A stretch of DNA of 40,904 bases from a virus. Lineage: Duplodnaviria; Heunggongvirae; Uroviricota; Caudoviricetes. Below are positions 26,956 through 38,506 of the stretch, piece by piece (the stretch's first letter is position 1; the number at the start of each line of letters is the position of its first letter). The notes beneath the pieces are model-generated. The model was given only the letters and a program-made list of their open reading frames with translations, ran no database searches and was not told the DNA's origin. The stretch covers positions 1-40,904 of IMG/VR virus record IMGVR_UViG_2687453163_000002; one strand, given 5' to 3'. A program made the translations under genes and the position numbers.

Positions 26956-28374
26956 ATGCCGATTCAGCAACTTCCGCTTATGAAAGGTGTCGGCAAAGAC
27001 TTCCGAAACGCCGACTATATCGACTATCTGCCAGTGAATATGTTGGCTACACCAAAAGAAATCCTTAACAGCAGCGGATATCTTCGCTCATTCCCGGGCA
27101 TTGCCAAACGTTCTGATGTGAACGGTGTATCGCGCGGAGTCGAGTACAACATGGCGCAGAATGCTGTATATCGCGTGTGTGGTGGCAAGCTGTACAAAGG
27201 CGAAAGCGAGGTCGGTGATGTTGCCGGAAGTGGTCGCGTATCAATGGCGCATGGTAGGACATCACAGGCAGTAGGCGTTAATGGTCAACTGGTCGAGTAT
27301 CGCTATGATGGCACGGTTAAAACCGTCTCAAACTGGCCTACAGACAGCGGATTCACGCAGTATGAGTTAGGCTCAGTCCGCGACATTACTCGCTTACGTG
27401 GGCGTTATGCGTGGTCAAAAGACGGCACTGATTCATGGTTTATCACTGACCTTGAAGACGAATCGCATCCTGACCGTTACAGCGCACAATATCGTGCCGA
27501 GTCTCAGCCGGACGGCATCATCGGTATCGGGACATGGCGAGACTTCATCGTTTGCTTTGGCTCATCGACGATTGAATATTTCTCCCTGACTGGCGCAACC
27601 ACCGTTGGTGCCGCTTTGTATGTCGCACAGCCATCACTGATGGTGCAAAAAGGCATCGCCGGGACTTACTGCAAAACGCCGTTTGCTGATTCGTATGCGT
27701 TCATAAGCAATCCGGCAACAGGTGCGCCGTCTGTATACATCATCGGCTCCGGTCAGGTGTCACCAATCGCCAGCGCGAGCATTGAGAAAATCCTCCGCTC
27801 CTACACTGCTGATGAACTGGCTGATGGCGTGATGGAATCGTTGCGCTTTGATGCTCATGAATTGCTGATTATCCATCTTCCACGTCACGTCCTCGTGTAC
27901 GACGCATCTTTAAGCGCCAATGGTCCGCAATGGTGTGTGTTGAAAACAGGCCTGTATGACGATGTGTACCGCGCTATCGACTTCATTTACGAAGGCAATC
28001 AGATAACGTGCGGCGATAAGCTGGAATCTGTTACCGGGAAACTGCAGTTCGATATCAGCAGCCAGTACGACAAGCAACAGGAACACCTGCTGTTTACTCC
28101 ACTCTTCAAAGCAGATAATGCCAGAGTTTTCGACCTTGAGGTTGAATCTTCAACTGGCGTTGCGCAGTACGCCGACCGCCTGTTCCTCTCTGCAACCACT
28201 GACGGCATCAATTACGGGCGTGAGCAGATGATTGAGCAGAATGAACCGTTCGTTTACGACAAACGCGTTTTGTGGAAGCGAGTAGGGCGCATCAGGAAAA
28301 ATGTCGGCTTCAAATTGCGCGTTATCACGAAGTCACCTGTCACTCTGTCTGGCTGCCAGATAAGGATTGAGTAA
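26956..28374 (+). CDS. tail hub protein (P22 gp10-like)
   Basis: 472-aa ORF, same length as P22 gp10, in conserved order gp4-gp10-gp26. Confidence 0.8.
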   Translation: MPIQQLPLMKGVGKDFRNADYIDYLPVNMLATPKEILNSSGYLRSFPGIAKRSDVNGVSRGVEYNMAQNAVYRVCGGKLYKGESEVGDVAGSGRVSMAHGRTSQAVGVNGQLVEYRYDGTVKTVSNWPTDSGFTQYELGSVRDITRLRGRYAWSKDGTDSWFITDLEDESHPDRYSAQYRAESQPDGIIGIGTWRDFIVCFGSSTIEYFSLTGATTVGAALYVAQPSLMVQKGIAGTYCKTPFADSYAFISNPATGAPSVYIIGSGQVSPIASASIEKILRSYTADELADGVMESLRFDAHELLIIHLPRHVLVYDASLSANGPQWCVLKTGLYDDVYRAIDFIYEGNQITCGDKLESVTGKLQFDISSQYDKQQEHLLFTPLFKADNARVFDLEVESSTGVAQYADRLFLSATTDGINYGREQMIEQNEPFVYDKRVLWKRVGRIRKNVGFKLRVITKSPVTLSGCQIRIE

Positions 28375-29075
28375 TGGCGGATTCGAATCTCAATGTGCCG
28401 GTAATCATCCAGGCTACGCGGCTCGACACATCAGTCCTTCCACGCAATATCTTCTCGCAGTCATATCTGCTGTACGTTATCGCACAGGGTACTGATGTTG
28501 GTAACGTGGCGAACAAGGCCAACGAGGCCGGACAGGGCGCTTATGACGCACAAGTCAGGAACGATGAGCAGGATGTGATTCTGGTCGATCACGAAGAAAG
28601 AATTCGTCAGCTCCGCATTGAAGTAGATGACCATGAAATCCGTATTGCTGCGAATACTGCGGCAATTGCAGCGCTGGATGTCAGACTAACCACGGCTGAA
28701 GGTGAAATAGTCACCTTGCAGGCTGATGTCAGTGCTCTTGATGGTAGAGTGACGGAGGCTGAAGGAAATATTTCTGCATTGCAGGACGATTACGTATCGA
28801 AAACAGCAACAGCAACACAATCGCTGGCATCCCCCCTCAACGTAACAACATCCTATTCAGTCGGCGGCACCAAGGTTATCGGTGCTCGTCAGACAGGATG
28901 GACAGCGGCAACCGGAACGGCACTCCTCGGCGCATTCAACGCTAACCAGTCATACACTGTCGGCACTACGTACACGCAATCCGAAGTCGCAGCACTCGCT
29001 ACAGGTTTGCAGCAGGCGCGGCAGCGTATTCTGGCGCTTGAAACGGCACTTAGATTACATGGGCTGATTGACTGA
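28374..29075 (+). CDS. tail needle protein (P22 gp26-like)
   Basis: 233-aa [46 protein letters not shown]..., closely matching recalled P22 gp26. Confidence 0.9.
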   Translation: MADSNLNVPVIIQATRLDTSVLPRNIFSQSYLLYVIAQGTDVGNVANKANEAGQGAYDAQVRNDEQDVILVDHEERIRQLRIEVDDHEIRIAANTAAIAALDVRLTTAEGEIVTLQADVSALDGRVTEAEGNISALQDDYVSKTATATQSLASPLNVTTSYSVGGTKVIGARQTGWTAATGTALLGAFNANQSYTVGTTYTQSEVAALATGLQQARQRILALETALRLHGLID

Positions 29076-29530
29076 TGATTACATTCAAACCAACGCGAAA
29101 CATCGACCTGATCGAAGCAGTAGGAAATCACCCTGACATTATTGCCGGGAGCAACAACGGTGATGGATACGACTACAAACCTGATTGCCGTTACTTTGAG
29201 GTGAACGTGCACGGGCAGTTCGGCGGCATTGTTTACTATCAGGAGATTCAGCCGCTTACATTCGATTGCCACGCCATGTACCTGCCAGAGATTCGCGGAT
29301 TCAGCAAGGAAATCGGGCTGGCGTTCTGGCGATACATTCTGACTAACACCACCGTTCAGTGCGTCACATCGTTCGCTGCACGCAAATTCCGCCACGGGCA
29401 GATGTACTGCGCAATGATTGGCCTTAAGCGTGTAGGAACCATCAAGAAATACTTCAAAGGCGTGGATGACGTGACGTTTTACAGCGCCACACGCGAAGAA
29501 CTAATCGACTTCCTGAATCACAGGAGATAG
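29075..29530 (+). CDS. virion assembly protein (P22 gp14 position)
   Basis: 151-aa ORF immediately after the needle gene; assignment by conserved order only. Confidence 0.55.
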   Translation: MITFKPTRNIDLIEAVGNHPDIIAGSNNGDGYDYKPDCRYFEVNVHGQFGGIVYYQEIQPLTFDCHAMYLPEIRGFSKEIGLAFWRYILTNTTVQCVTSFAARKFRHGQMYCAMIGLKRVGTIKKYFKGVDDVTFYSATREELIDFLNHRR

Positions 29531-29532
29531 CC

Positions 29533-30225
29533 ATGTTATATGCATTTAAGCTAGGCAGAAAACTGCGTGGCGAGGAACCTTATTGCCCTGAAAAAGGCGG
29601 GAAAGGTGGCAGCTCTGATAAAAGCGCAAAGTATGCAGCAGAAGCTCAGAAGTATGCCGCAGACCTGCAAAATCAGCAGTGGCAGACGATCATGAAAAAC
29701 CTTGCTCCGTTCACGCCGCTTGCGGAGCAGTATGTTAACCAGCTTCAGAATCTTTCCAGTTTAGAAGGTCAGGGGCAGGCACTTAATCAGTATTACAACT
29801 CTCAGCAGTATAAAGACCTTGCAGGTCAGGCTCGTTACCAGAGTCTTGCTGCTGCGGAGGCGACTGGTGGCCTTGGTTCGACAGCCACAAGCAATCAACT
29901 GGCTACGATCGCGCCGACACTCGGTCAGTCTTGGTTATCAAATCAGATGAGCAATTACAACAATCTGGCAAACGTTGGGCTTGGTGCGCTGCAAGGTCAG
30001 GCAAACGCCGGGCAGACGTACGCCAACAACATGAGCAGCATTGCACAGCAAAGCGCAGCACTTGCCGCTGCTAATGCCAATAAACCATCAAGTCTTCAGA
30101 CTGCAATTAGCGGCGGCACGTCTGGTGCGATTGCCGGTGCAGGTCTTGCCAGCCTTTTGGGAACATCAACGCCTTGGGGCGCTGGCATTGGTGCTGGTAT
30201 CGGATTGCTTGGCTCGTTGTTTTAA
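29533..30225 (+). CDS. ejection protein (P22 gp7 position)
   Basis: 230-aa low-complexity Ala/Gly/Gln-rich protein with Gly-rich hydrophobic C-terminus; size matches P22 gp7. Confidence 0.65.
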   Translation: MLYAFKLGRKLRGEEPYCPEKGGKGGSSDKSAKYAAEAQKYAADLQNQQWQTIMKNLAPFTPLAEQYVNQLQNLSSLEGQGQALNQYYNSQQYKDLAGQARYQSLAAAEATGGLGSTATSNQLATIAPTLGQSWLSNQMSNYNNLANVGLGALQGQANAGQTYANNMSSIAQQSAALAAANANKPSSLQTAISGGTSGAIAGAGLASLLGTSTPWGAGIGAGIGLLGSLF

Positions 30226-30234
30226 GGGGTAATC

Positions 30235-31530
30235 ATGGCTACTTGGCAAGGAACAAACGGCGGATTGTTGGCTGGTATCGGCGGCGTCAACTCAAACGCT
30301 CCGAGCGTAAATGACATCGGCAATACGCTTCAGCTTATCAGGCAGAACAATGATATTGAGCGTTCAGGCGCTAACAATGTTGGGCTGACTGCTTTGCAAG
30401 GCCTTTCAGGTATTGCAGGGGTGTTTCAGCAGGAAAAGCAGGCTCAGCGGCAGAAAGAATTTCAGCAGGCGTACGCTAATGCTTATGCGTCTGGTGATCG
30501 CGGTGCTTTGCGTCAGTTGGCTACTCAATATCCAGACCAGATTGAATCCGTTCGTAAAGGCATGGGATTCATTGATGAAGACCAGCGTAATTCTATCGGC
30601 ACCTTAGCGGCTGGCGCACGCCTTGCGTCATCGTCTCCAGAAGCAATGCAATCATGGCTGCAAAACAACGCCAAGGAACTGACTCGCGTCGGTGTTGACC
30701 CTAACAGCGTTGCTCAGATGTATCAGCAGAATCCTTCAGGATTTGGTGAGTTTGTTGATCACCTTGGGATGGCTGCGCTTGGTCCGATTGATTACTTCAA
30801 TGTTCAGGACAAGATGGCTGGTCGTGAAATTGACCGAGGCAGACTGGCAGAGACAATCCGCAGCAATCAGGCCGGAGAAGCACTAACAGCTCGAGGTCAG
30901 GACATCCAGATACGTGGACAGAACATCAGCGCACAGAATGCTGCTCTTTCCCGCGAAATACAAAGAGCAGAATTACAAGAAAAGGCTCTGGACAGACAAA
31001 TAGCCAGAGAAAGCAATCAGTTAAAGCTTGAAGAGCTAAAACAGAAACAGGCAGATGTTCGGCAAAAGGCTGACATAGCCCGCGCTGACAGGCAGGCCGC
31101 TGCTCAGGGTGCAGTTGATACGTTCAGCACCGCGCTTGATTCTCTCAACGAGATAGAGCAAAGCCCCGGCCTTTCAAAAGCAGTAGGAATTCGCTCAGCG
31201 TTTCCGACAGTTCCTGGCTCTGATGCGGCTAACTTTGAAGCAAGGCTCGACACCTTTAAAGCTCAAACATTCCTTCCTATGGTGCAGTCCCTGAAGGGTA
31301 TGGGCGCTCTTTCAGATGCTGAGGGTAAAAAATTATCCGATGCGGTTGGTGCCCTAAGCCCCAAAATGAGTGAAAAGGCTTTTCGTGACTCTATCGGAAA
31401 GATTAGAAATCAGCTTGAAAGCAAGTTGAGCACTGTTAAAAAACAGTTTGATTATCAGGAGCCGGTGCAGAATATTCCAGGGCAACAATCTACTACTGGC
31501 AGTAACTTTTCTTCACTATGGGGTGATTAA
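30235..31530 (+). CDS. ejection protein (P22 gp20 position)
   Basis: 431-aa ORF in conserved order; coiled-coil middle region. Confidence 0.65.
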   Translation: MATWQGTNGGLLAGIGGVNSNAPSVNDIGNTLQLIRQNNDIERSGANNVGLTALQGLSGIAGVFQQEKQAQRQKEFQQAYANAYASGDRGALRQLATQYPDQIESVRKGMGFIDEDQRNSIGTLAAGARLASSSPEAMQSWLQNNAKELTRVGVDPNSVAQMYQQNPSGFGEFVDHLGMAALGPIDYFNVQDKMAGREIDRGRLAETIRSNQAGEALTARGQDIQIRGQNISAQNAALSREIQRAELQEKALDRQIARESNQLKLEELKQKQADVRQKADIARADRQAAAQGAVDTFSTALDSLNEIEQSPGLSKAVGIRSAFPTVPGSDAANFEARLDTFKAQTFLPMVQSLKGMGALSDAEGKKLSDAVGALSPKMSEKAFRDSIGKIRNQLESKLSTVKKQFDYQEPVQNIPGQQSTTGSNFSSLWGD

Positions 31531-33527
31531 TGGCTAAAGCATGGAAAGATGTTATCGCCTCTCCACAGTATCAGGCGTTAGCACCAGAACAAAAAGCGCA
31601 GGCTCAGGAGCAATACTTCAATGAAGTCGTGGCCCCGCAAGCCGGAGGAAATGCAGAGCAGGCTAAGCAAGCTTTCTATGCAGCCTATCCATTGCCATCT
31701 GTGCAGCCAGTGGAGACACAGCAACCAGTAGCACAGCAACAACCACAGCAAAGTGGATTTATGTCTGATCTTGGTGAAGCAGTGAAAGAGACTGGTCGCG
31801 GACTGGTGCAGGCTGGCGTGAACGTGGCAAACATACCTGCATCAGTTGCCGATGCTGTAACAAGCGCGGCTGCATGGGCTGGCGGTAAACTCGGCATTGG
31901 CGATGGAACATATCAACCCGCGCCACGAGTAACAACTCATGGATTAGAGCAGGACTTTGGCCTTCAGCAAGGCGCGCTGACTCCACAAACGACAGAGGGC
32001 AGGGTATTTGCTGAAGCATTGCCTTACCTCACTCCTGCTGGCGTTGAGAGAGCGGCAGCACAGGCACCAACACTTGCTGGTCGAATTGCTCAGGGGGCAA
32101 CTCGCCTTCTAGCAGAAAACGCAGTTGGATCACTTGCTGCAAATAGTGCGAAAGATGATGCGGAAGCACTCGCCACCGATTTAGGTGTTGGTGTACTTGC
32201 TGGCGGTGCTATTAACGCTGCTGGACGTGGATTAGGTGCTGCTTATCGTGGAGTTCGTGGTGCGATAGCGCCAGAAGCGCAACAGGCTATCAGGTTTGCA
32301 GAGCGTGAAGGAGTGCCTCTGCACACCACAGACCTGTTACAACCAACTTCCCGCGTCGGAAAAATGGCGCAGACTACAGCAGAAAATATCCCTCTGGCTG
32401 GAACAAGCGGAATGAGAGCAACGCAACAGGAAGCGAGAAGCCAGTTGGTGCAGAGATTTGCTGATAAATTCGGGGAGTATGATCCAGCGGTTGTTATTGA
32501 CAGCCTTAAAGCGAAAACATCAGGAATTCGTCGTGCCGCCGGTAATCGACTGGAGCAGGTTCAGAATGCTATGGCTGGAGTAAACATTCAGCCTGCGCGA
32601 GCAATTCAGCAGATTGATACAGAAATATCTAACCTGCAGAAGCTTGGTAAGGTGGCTGATAACGAGACAATTTCAAAACTTCAGTCATATCGTGATGAGC
32701 TTGTTCGCAATGCTGGCCCTGAAGGTCCGGTAAATCTGGATTTGAAGCAATTAAGCGACCTGCGCAGTCAGTTCAGAATGGACGTGAAGGGTGAGCGACC
32801 AGTGTTACCAAACCGTTCCGATGCTGCCATTCAGCGCGTTTACAAGGCGATGACCGACGATATCAATGGTGCCATTGGTCAGAATCTTGGCAACGATACT
32901 CTCCGTAAATATCAGCAGGCCAATGCCGTCTACGCTGACGAAGCGGCGAAACTAAAGAATACCAGGCTGAAGAATGTTCTCATGAAAGGCGACCTGACGC
33001 CGGAAGTTGTCAACAACATGCTATTCAGCAAGAACAAATCGGAAATTAAGACGCTGTATAACTCAGTTGGTCGTGTTGGCAGGGTGCAAATGCGCAATGG
33101 CATCATTGGAAAGGCGATGGAGAAATCTGGCGGATCCCCTGACCAGTTCCTTCGGCAGCTTAACATCCTGCAAAACCAGACTGGCATCACATTTAAGGGG
33201 CAGGACGCTGCTTATCTGAAAGGATTGAAAAATTACCTTCAGTCCACTCAGCAGGCAGCAAAAGCGGCAGTAACAACACCAACAGGGCAGCAAACCATCC
33301 CGTTCATTATCGGGTATGGGACGGCAATGAACCCGGCGACAACTGGCGCAGCAGTAAGCTACGGACTTCTTACTCGCGCCTATGAGAGCGAACCATTCAG
33401 AAATGCAATGCTCCGAATGGCAAACACCCCACGCGGATCAACAGCGTTCGAGAAAGCCATGCAGCAGGCACAAAAGGCCATTAACGCCCTGACTCAGGGG
33501 GCTAAGTCTGATGCGCTGTCAGAATAG
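31530..33527 (+). CDS. ejection protein (P22 gp16 position)
   Basis: 665-aa ORF in conserved order, Ala/Gly-rich segments. Confidence 0.65.
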   Translation: MAKAWKDVIASPQYQALAPEQKAQAQEQYFNEVVAPQAGGNAEQAKQAFYAAYPLPSVQPVETQQPVAQQQPQQSGFMSDLGEAVKETGRGLVQAGVNVANIPASVADAVTSAAAWAGGKLGIGDGTYQPAPRVTTHGLEQDFGLQQGALTPQTTEGRVFAEALPYLTPAGVERAAAQAPTLAGRIAQGATRLLAENAVGSLAANSAKDDAEALATDLGVGVLAGGAINAAGRGLGAAYRGVRGAIAPEAQQAIRFAEREGVPLHTTDLLQPTSRVGKMAQTTAENIPLAGTSGMRATQQEARSQLVQRFADKFGEYDPAVVIDSLKAKTSGIRRAAGNRLEQVQNAMAGVNIQPARAIQQIDTEISNLQKLGKVADNETISKLQSYRDELVRNAGPEGPVNLDLKQLSDLRSQFRMDVKGERPVLPNRSDAAIQRVYKAMTDDINGAIGQNLGNDTLRKYQQANAVYADEAAKLKNTRLKNVLMKGDLTPEVVNNMLFSKNKSEIKTLYNSVGRVGRVQMRNGIIGKAMEKSGGSPDQFLRQLNILQNQTGITFKGQDAAYLKGLKNYLQSTQQAAKAAVTTPTGQQTIPFIIGYGTAMNPATTGAAVSYGLLTRAYESEPFRNAMLRMANTPRGSTAFEKAMQQAQKAINALTQGAKSDALSE

Positions 33528-33616
33528 CTTCGCAAACACCAGGAACGTGCAAAAACCAAATATGTAGAACGCAATATTCAGCATATCTCTTTGCATAAAT
33601 CCTCCGTAATGGATGG

Positions 33617-33877
33617 TTATCTACTGTCTTTTTTGTATATCTTCTTGAGCGTATCAAAGACAATTTTCTTAACCATATCAGATTGTTGTTCTGCCATACG
33701 CTCTGCATCGTCAATGTAAACTGATGCAGAGTTTTGTTTATCCAGTGATTCTTCAATCGCTGCAATTATCTCTGAGTTCAGAGACCTGTTATTCATCTTC
33801 GCACGCTGCTTAATTTTCGCGTGGAGTTCATGCGGAAGTCTCAAGTGAAACTGCGCCTCGTCGTATTTGCTGTACAT
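33617..33877 (-). CDS. mnt: Mnt-like ribbon-helix-helix repressor (orphan)
   Basis: FHLRLPHELHAKIKQRAKMNNRSLNSEIIAAIEESL...DAERMAEQQSDMVKKIVFDTLKKIYKK resembles recalled P22 Mnt; start chosen at MYSKYD (GAGG 8 nt upstream). Confidence 0.7.
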   Translation of the reverse strand: MYSKYDEAQFHLRLPHELHAKIKQRAKMNNRSLNSEIIAAIEESLDKQNSASVYIDDAERMAEQQSDMVKKIVFDTLKKIYKKDSR

Positions 33878-34008
33878 CCTTGATGCCTCACCAATTGGGT
33901 GGAATGGCATCGTAACTTACTGGATAAATACTCAATAGTACCATTTCGGTATGCAATCACATCATGGTTGCATCATATCATTCGTCTGGAGCAATGAAAT
34001 GTCAGATA

Positions 34009-34509
34009 TCACCTACTCAACAGATGGTCAGCAACCATGTTTGCTGCCTTATAAGCTATAGCCGCTTCATCAATGGTGTTGAATCTCCCAAGGGTTATGT
34101 TTTTACCTGAGACATTTATCTGAGCTTGCCATTGATTTCTTGCTTGACAGAAAGTTACCCCCTTGATTCCAGCATTACTATTTCGAGGTCCGACATTTAA
34201 TGCATTTACGACTCTGCTGACATCCCTAAGGTTTGAGATTGCGTTATTTCTTCTGTTTCTATCAATGTGGTCAATCTCTTGTTTGGGCCATTCGCCATAT
34301 ACATACAGCCAGGCAAGTCTATGTGCAAAATATCTTACGCCATCAATATTAATTGCGTTATATCCATAAGAAATTGTGCCAGCAACTTTCCCAACAGCAC
34401 CTCTGGCGCTTAATTTCTTTTTCCAAGTGAAAATTCCTGTTTCTTTATTGTAATCGAGAACTTCCATAAGGCGCTCACGAGTTACTACCTCGTGACGTCT
34501 CTTACTCAT
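34009..34509 (-). CDS. HNH endonuclease with AP2-like DNA-binding domain
   Basis: HNH motif [20 protein letters not shown] and AP2-like [43 protein letters not shown]; start at MSKRRHEV with GGAG RBS; AT-rich. Confidence 0.7.
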   Translation of the reverse strand: MSKRRHEVVTRERLMEVLDYNKETGIFTWKKKLSARGAVGKVAGTISYGYNAINIDGVRYFAHRLAWLYVYGEWPKQEIDHIDRNRRNNAISNLRDVSRVVNALNVGPRNSNAGIKGVTFCQARNQWQAQINVSGKNITLGRFNTIDEAAIAYKAANMVADHLLSR

Positions 34510-34522
34510 TATTTTCTCCGGA

Positions 34523-36244
34523 ATGTTTATTATGCCAGAACAATTATACAACGTTGTTGTTTCACAACCAAGTCAGTTATTTACTTTAGCTCGCTCGTTT
34601 AAAGCAAATGCCAATGGCAAAATTTATATCGGTAAAATTGACACTGACCCGGTAAATCCTGAAAACCAGATTCAGGTTTATGTGGAGAACGAAGACGGAT
34701 CTCACGTCCCTGTTTCTCAGCCAATTGTTATCAATGCTGCAGGATATCCTGTGTACAACGGGCAGATTGCCAAATTTGTAACTGAGCAAGGCCATTCAAT
34801 GGCTGTATATGATGCGTATGGTTCGCAGCAGTTCTATTTTCAGAATGTGCTGAAGTACGATCCTGATCAGTTAAAGCAGTTACTTCAATCAGATGAAGGA
34901 GCTGCTCACATTGGCACTAATAGCGGGAAAAATCTCCAAGATGAGCTATTTGCAATAAAAAATGAAATATATCAAGACCCGCTTACATCGTGGCCTTTCG
35001 GTGGAACATTAAAAATAAAGCAAGGGGTGTATGATGTTACCACTCCTCTGGTACTTAATTATGATGATTACCCTGCCGACTTTGTAGGTGCTCCGGGTGT
35101 CCGCTGTTTTTACTCAGGCGAGAACATGGCTGAGACAATACTGGAATGTAGAGCTACTGATTTTAACGTAAAAATGCTAGGTGACGCAGCGTATAACAGT
35201 CAGAGATTGGCTGCATATGACTACATCGGCAACATGACGCTGAAAGGGAATCCCGGAAGTTACGGTATGCTGGTGCAGAATAAAGCACATACTCGTCTTG
35301 AGAACATTGTTATCTGCCGCCACCCTGACGGGGAAGGGTTACGCACTGACTCGATGCTCACGAGCGACATGACGAACGTGTACTTGCAGAGTAATCGTAT
35401 CGGTTGGCGTGCTACCAACTCCGTAAATCATTCTGAACTGAACGCTATAACTGCAAATAGGCTTACGTGCAGTCAGAACAGTGAATGGGGTATCCTCGGG
35501 GACCGCTGGGGTGCTGGTACAACTATCAATAGCCTGACTTGTGAAGGAAATGGTACTCAGGGGGATTCCAGTACAGGTGGTGCGCAATTAGCCATAAATG
35601 GCCTTAACGGTTCGTGTGCTTTGGTGTTAAACAACCCATACTTCGAGGCTAATGCCGGGGGGGCAGACCTTGCTATAGATAATACTGGGACGCGACCTGT
35701 AACTGTGGTTATAAACGGTGGAAATTTTCATCGCGTGAGCAGTGCAAGATACACGCACACGAATATTCAAGTAACAAGCTCAGGTGGGGGAAAAGTTACA
35801 GTCATACTCAACGGCACAACGTTCCAGAGCGCAGGGGATTATCAGCCAAGTGCAGAACGACCATACTGGATAACAGGAGCTAATTGCGAGGTAGTTGACA
35901 TTGGGTGTGTTTTTACAGAAACAACCAGTAAGGTAACATCGGCTTCTGCATTGTCAGTCACACGCTCGGGAAAAATTAACGCCAATGGTAGTATCGACGT
36001 TGCTACTGGTGTTTCATCGGTTAACGTGGTTTCTACAGGTGTGTATGATGTTAGCTTTTCTCATCCGCTCGCAGCAGTTGCTAGCGGTTATATTGTGCAG
36101 ATAACACCTATATCTGCGCCTGATTCAGTTAGTTGTGATGTTACTTATATTGGCGTAGATACATTTAGGGTGACCCTGCGCAATACGCTTAGCGGAGCAG
36201 GAATCTCCAGTTCGTTTGCATTTAGCATTACCAGACTACTATAA
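34523..36244 (+). CDS. tailspike protein (P22/Sf6-type head-binding domain, divergent receptor-binding domain)
   Basis: N-terminal [92 protein letters not shown] matches the conserved head-binding domain; C-terminal about 450 aa not recognised. Confidence 0.85.
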   Translation: MFIMPEQLYNVVVSQPSQLFTLARSFKANANGKIYIGKIDTDPVNPENQIQVYVENEDGSHVPVSQPIVINAAGYPVYNGQIAKFVTEQGHSMAVYDAYGSQQFYFQNVLKYDPDQLKQLLQSDEGAAHIGTNSGKNLQDELFAIKNEIYQDPLTSWPFGGTLKIKQGVYDVTTPLVLNYDDYPADFVGAPGVRCFYSGENMAETILECRATDFNVKMLGDAAYNSQRLAAYDYIGNMTLKGNPGSYGMLVQNKAHTRLENIVICRHPDGEGLRTDSMLTSDMTNVYLQSNRIGWRATNSVNHSELNAITANRLTCSQNSEWGILGDRWGAGTTINSLTCEGNGTQGDSSTGGAQLAINGLNGSCALVLNNPYFEANAGGADLAIDNTGTRPVTVVINGGNFHRVSSARYTHTNIQVTSSGGGKVTVILNGTTFQSAGDYQPSAERPYWITGANCEVVDIGCVFTETTSKVTSASALSVTRSGKINANGSIDVATGVSSVNVVSTGVYDVSFSHPLAAVASGYIVQITPISAPDSVSCDVTYIGVDTFRVTLRNTLSGAGISSSFAFSITRLL

Positions 36245-36250
36245 ACACGA

Positions 36251-36280
36251 CAGCCTCCCTACGGGAATACGTAGGGAGGC
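36251..36280. terminator. hairpin between convergent tailspike and gtrC genes
   Basis: Perfect 10-bp stem CCTCCCTACG / CGTAGGGAGG with loop GGAATA. Confidence 0.5.
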
Positions 36281-36310
36281 GGATTCATTGTTATTTATTA
36301 ATGTGAAGTT

Positions 36311-37576
36311 TTATTTTTTTATTAAATCAAGAGTTAACCATGGAGGGAGCACTGTAAATGAGACGGCTTCTCCATGTTTTGCTTTATTTATTAATTCTGC
36401 TCCTTGAGACCAGTTCATGTCAGGAAGAGGGGTTATAAAAAAGTTTAATTTTATCATTGCAATAAGGATGACTGAAACATAGATTTTAAAGAATATTTTT
36501 AAGGTTTTATTCTTTATGCATTGAAACAAACAAACGCATATTAATGAAAAAATTGCAATATGAATATTTACAAAATACCTTGACCCGTTTCCGGTTGCAA
36601 GTGTTGGCAGTTGAGGAACAGAATCTGCCAGTTGAGGTTTTGCCATAGAAAATGCGACAATAAGTATTGGAAGGGTGGCAAACACTTTCATTTGCCAATT
36701 TCCTTTAATATAAATGAAAACACATAATGTAATTACTAAAGTTGATAGTGTGTACGATAAAAGGTGATTATCCCATCCAGCATTAGCGATATTCCAAGGG
36801 ACAAATGAAAAAAGAAATACATTAGATGATATTATAGATGACATAACATCAAAACTGAATCCTAATGGAGCATGTGATCTTGTTCCATTAAATGTAAGAA
36901 TTATTGATGTTGCCTGTATCAGCCCACACAAGATCATTGCCAAATATGGCAGTCGAGTATAAAATAAGTATAAACCTCTTATGCTTATTACTCCTTTTGA
37001 TAAGTGTAAATATTTAAAAACAGATGATGCAATTATGAATATAATAAATGGACCGCTCAATCCAGATAATACTATAAAAAATAAATCATGTGCTTTCCAT
37101 AATTTTGACTTGGATTCTTCAGATATTATTATCATTGCAACATACAATGATAAATACCAGTGAGCATTTGTTATATTGGCTTGGACTTCATCAAGCCCGG
37201 GCATGCAAATTAAATATACAGAGATGAAGATTTTTGATGTGGTGCTTAGGAATTTAAATCTATCGGTAAATAAGAACCATATAATTATAGCTCTAATTAT
37301 TATTCCAAAAAAGTTTGATAATAATGGTGCGTAAATTGGATTAATAAATGTCGTCGCACCAACAATGAGTGTTGATACTGTTTGAAAATAACCATTTCTT
37401 GGGGTTATGAGTGAACTGAAAAAACCTTGTTCGTATGCATCTTTATACCAAAAAACTGCATCCTCAGCCCAAAACTGGGCATTTGTCAAAATGTCAATGC
37501 GCCTAAGCCAAATCAAAGTAAATGCAAGTATAAAAATTGATATCTTGTGCCAATTGCGCATTATGAATATCTTCAT
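36311..37576 (-). CDS. GtrC-like serotype-specific O-antigen glucosyltransferase (polytopic membrane protein)
   Basis: 421-aa, very hydrophobic, multi-TM, AT-rich ORF immediately downstream of gtrB. Confidence 0.65.
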   Translation of the reverse strand: MKIFIMRNWHKISIFILAFTLIWLRRIDILTNAQFWAEDAVFWYKDAYEQGFFSSLITPRNGYFQTVSTLIVGATTFINPIYAPLLSNFFGIIIRAIIIWFLFTDRFKFLSTTSKIFISVYLICMPGLDEVQANITNAHWYLSLYVAMIIISEESKSKLWKAHDLFFIVLSGLSGPFIIFIIASSVFKYLHLSKGVISIRGLYLFYTRLPYLAMILCGLIQATSIILTFNGTRSHAPLGFSFDVMSSIISSNVFLFSFVPWNIANAGWDNHLLSYTLSTLVITLCVFIYIKGNWQMKVFATLPILIVAFSMAKPQLADSVPQLPTLATGNGSRYFVNIHIAIFSLICVCLFQCIKNKTLKIFFKIYVSVILIAMIKLNFFITPLPDMNWSQGAELINKAKHGEAVSFTVLPPWLTLDLIKK

Positions 37577-37588
37577 AAGATCATCCTG

Positions 37589-38506
37589 TTATTTTCTGCT
37601 TTTAATTAAGTACCGTGGTCTTGATTTTGTTTCTAAATAAATTCTACCTATATATTCACCGAGAACACCAATCCCGATCAGTTGCACTCCACCCAGGAAA
37701 AGTATTGATACAAGCATGGAGGGATACCCGCGTACTGGGTTACCAAAGACAATGGTGTCTATAATCATCCATGCACCATATAAAAATGAAATGCTTGCAA
37801 CAAACAAGCCTATATAAGTCCATACGCGAAGAGGAAAGGTTGAAAAACTTGTGATACCTTCCAGTGCCAGATTCCATAATTTCCAGCCATTAAATTTTGA
37901 GATGCCAGCAACACGCTCTGTGCGTACATATTCAACGACATCTGTCTGACCACCAACCCAGCTCAGTATGCCTTTCATGAAAAGATTGCGCTCAGGCAAT
38001 AGTTTAATGTTCTCCACAACCTCACGAGACATGAGTCGAAAATCTCCGACATTTTCCTCTATTTTTGGGGTGCTTATTTTGTTGTGTAATTTATAGAACC
38101 ACTCAGCTGTCTTACGTTTCAGCCGTCCATCAGTTGAGCGGTCTGAACGTTTAGCAAGCACCATGTCAGCACCTGCCTGCCACTTTTCAATAAGATGAGG
38201 AATAACCTCAATCGGGTCTTGCAGGTCAACATCAATTGGAATCACGGCATCGCCGGTTGTATGGTCTAACCCTGCAAACAATGCTGGTTCTTTACCAAAG
38301 TTGCGTGTAAATGACAGCGGAACAACTAGCGGATCAGAAACAGCCAGAGCGTTAATGATTGACTCCGTAGCGTCTTTGCTTCCGTCATTTATGAAAACAA
38401 TTTCTACTTCATATGGCTTCAACTCTTCGAATTCACGTACCGTTTTATAAAAAATTGGTATCGCTTCTTCTTCATTGAAGACAGGAACGACAAGAGATAT
38501 CTTCAT
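37589..38506 (-). CDS. gtrB: GtrB bactoprenol glucosyltransferase (GT2 family)
   Basis: 305-aa [23 protein letters not shown]...INDGSKD...DVDLQDP, two C-terminal TM helices. Confidence 0.9.
   Translation of the reverse strand: MKISLVVPVFNEEEAIPIFYKTVREFEELKPYEVEIVFINDGSKDATESIINALAVSDPLVVPLSFTRNFGKEPALFAGLDHTTGDAVIPIDVDLQDPIEVIPHLIEKWQAGADMVLAKRSDRSTDGRLKRKTAEWFYKLHNKISTPKIEENVGDFRLMSREVVENIKLLPERNLFMKGILSWVGGQTDVVEYVRTERVAGISKFNGWKLWNLALEGITSFSTFPLRVWTYIGLFVASISFLYGAWMIIDTIVFGNPVRGYPSMLVSILFLGGVQLIGIGVLGEYIGRIYLETKSRPRYLIKSRK

Noticed and set aside
31685-32019. Minus-strand ORFs (31685-31897, 31759-32019) inside the gp16-like gene
   Set aside because: Antisense within a long ORF in the conserved ejection-protein position; Cys/Ala-rich composition is a mirror-frame artefact.
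36507-36698. Minus-strand 63-aa ORF inside gtrC
   Set aside because: Out-of-frame overlap with the longer, hydrophobic GtrC-like ORF.
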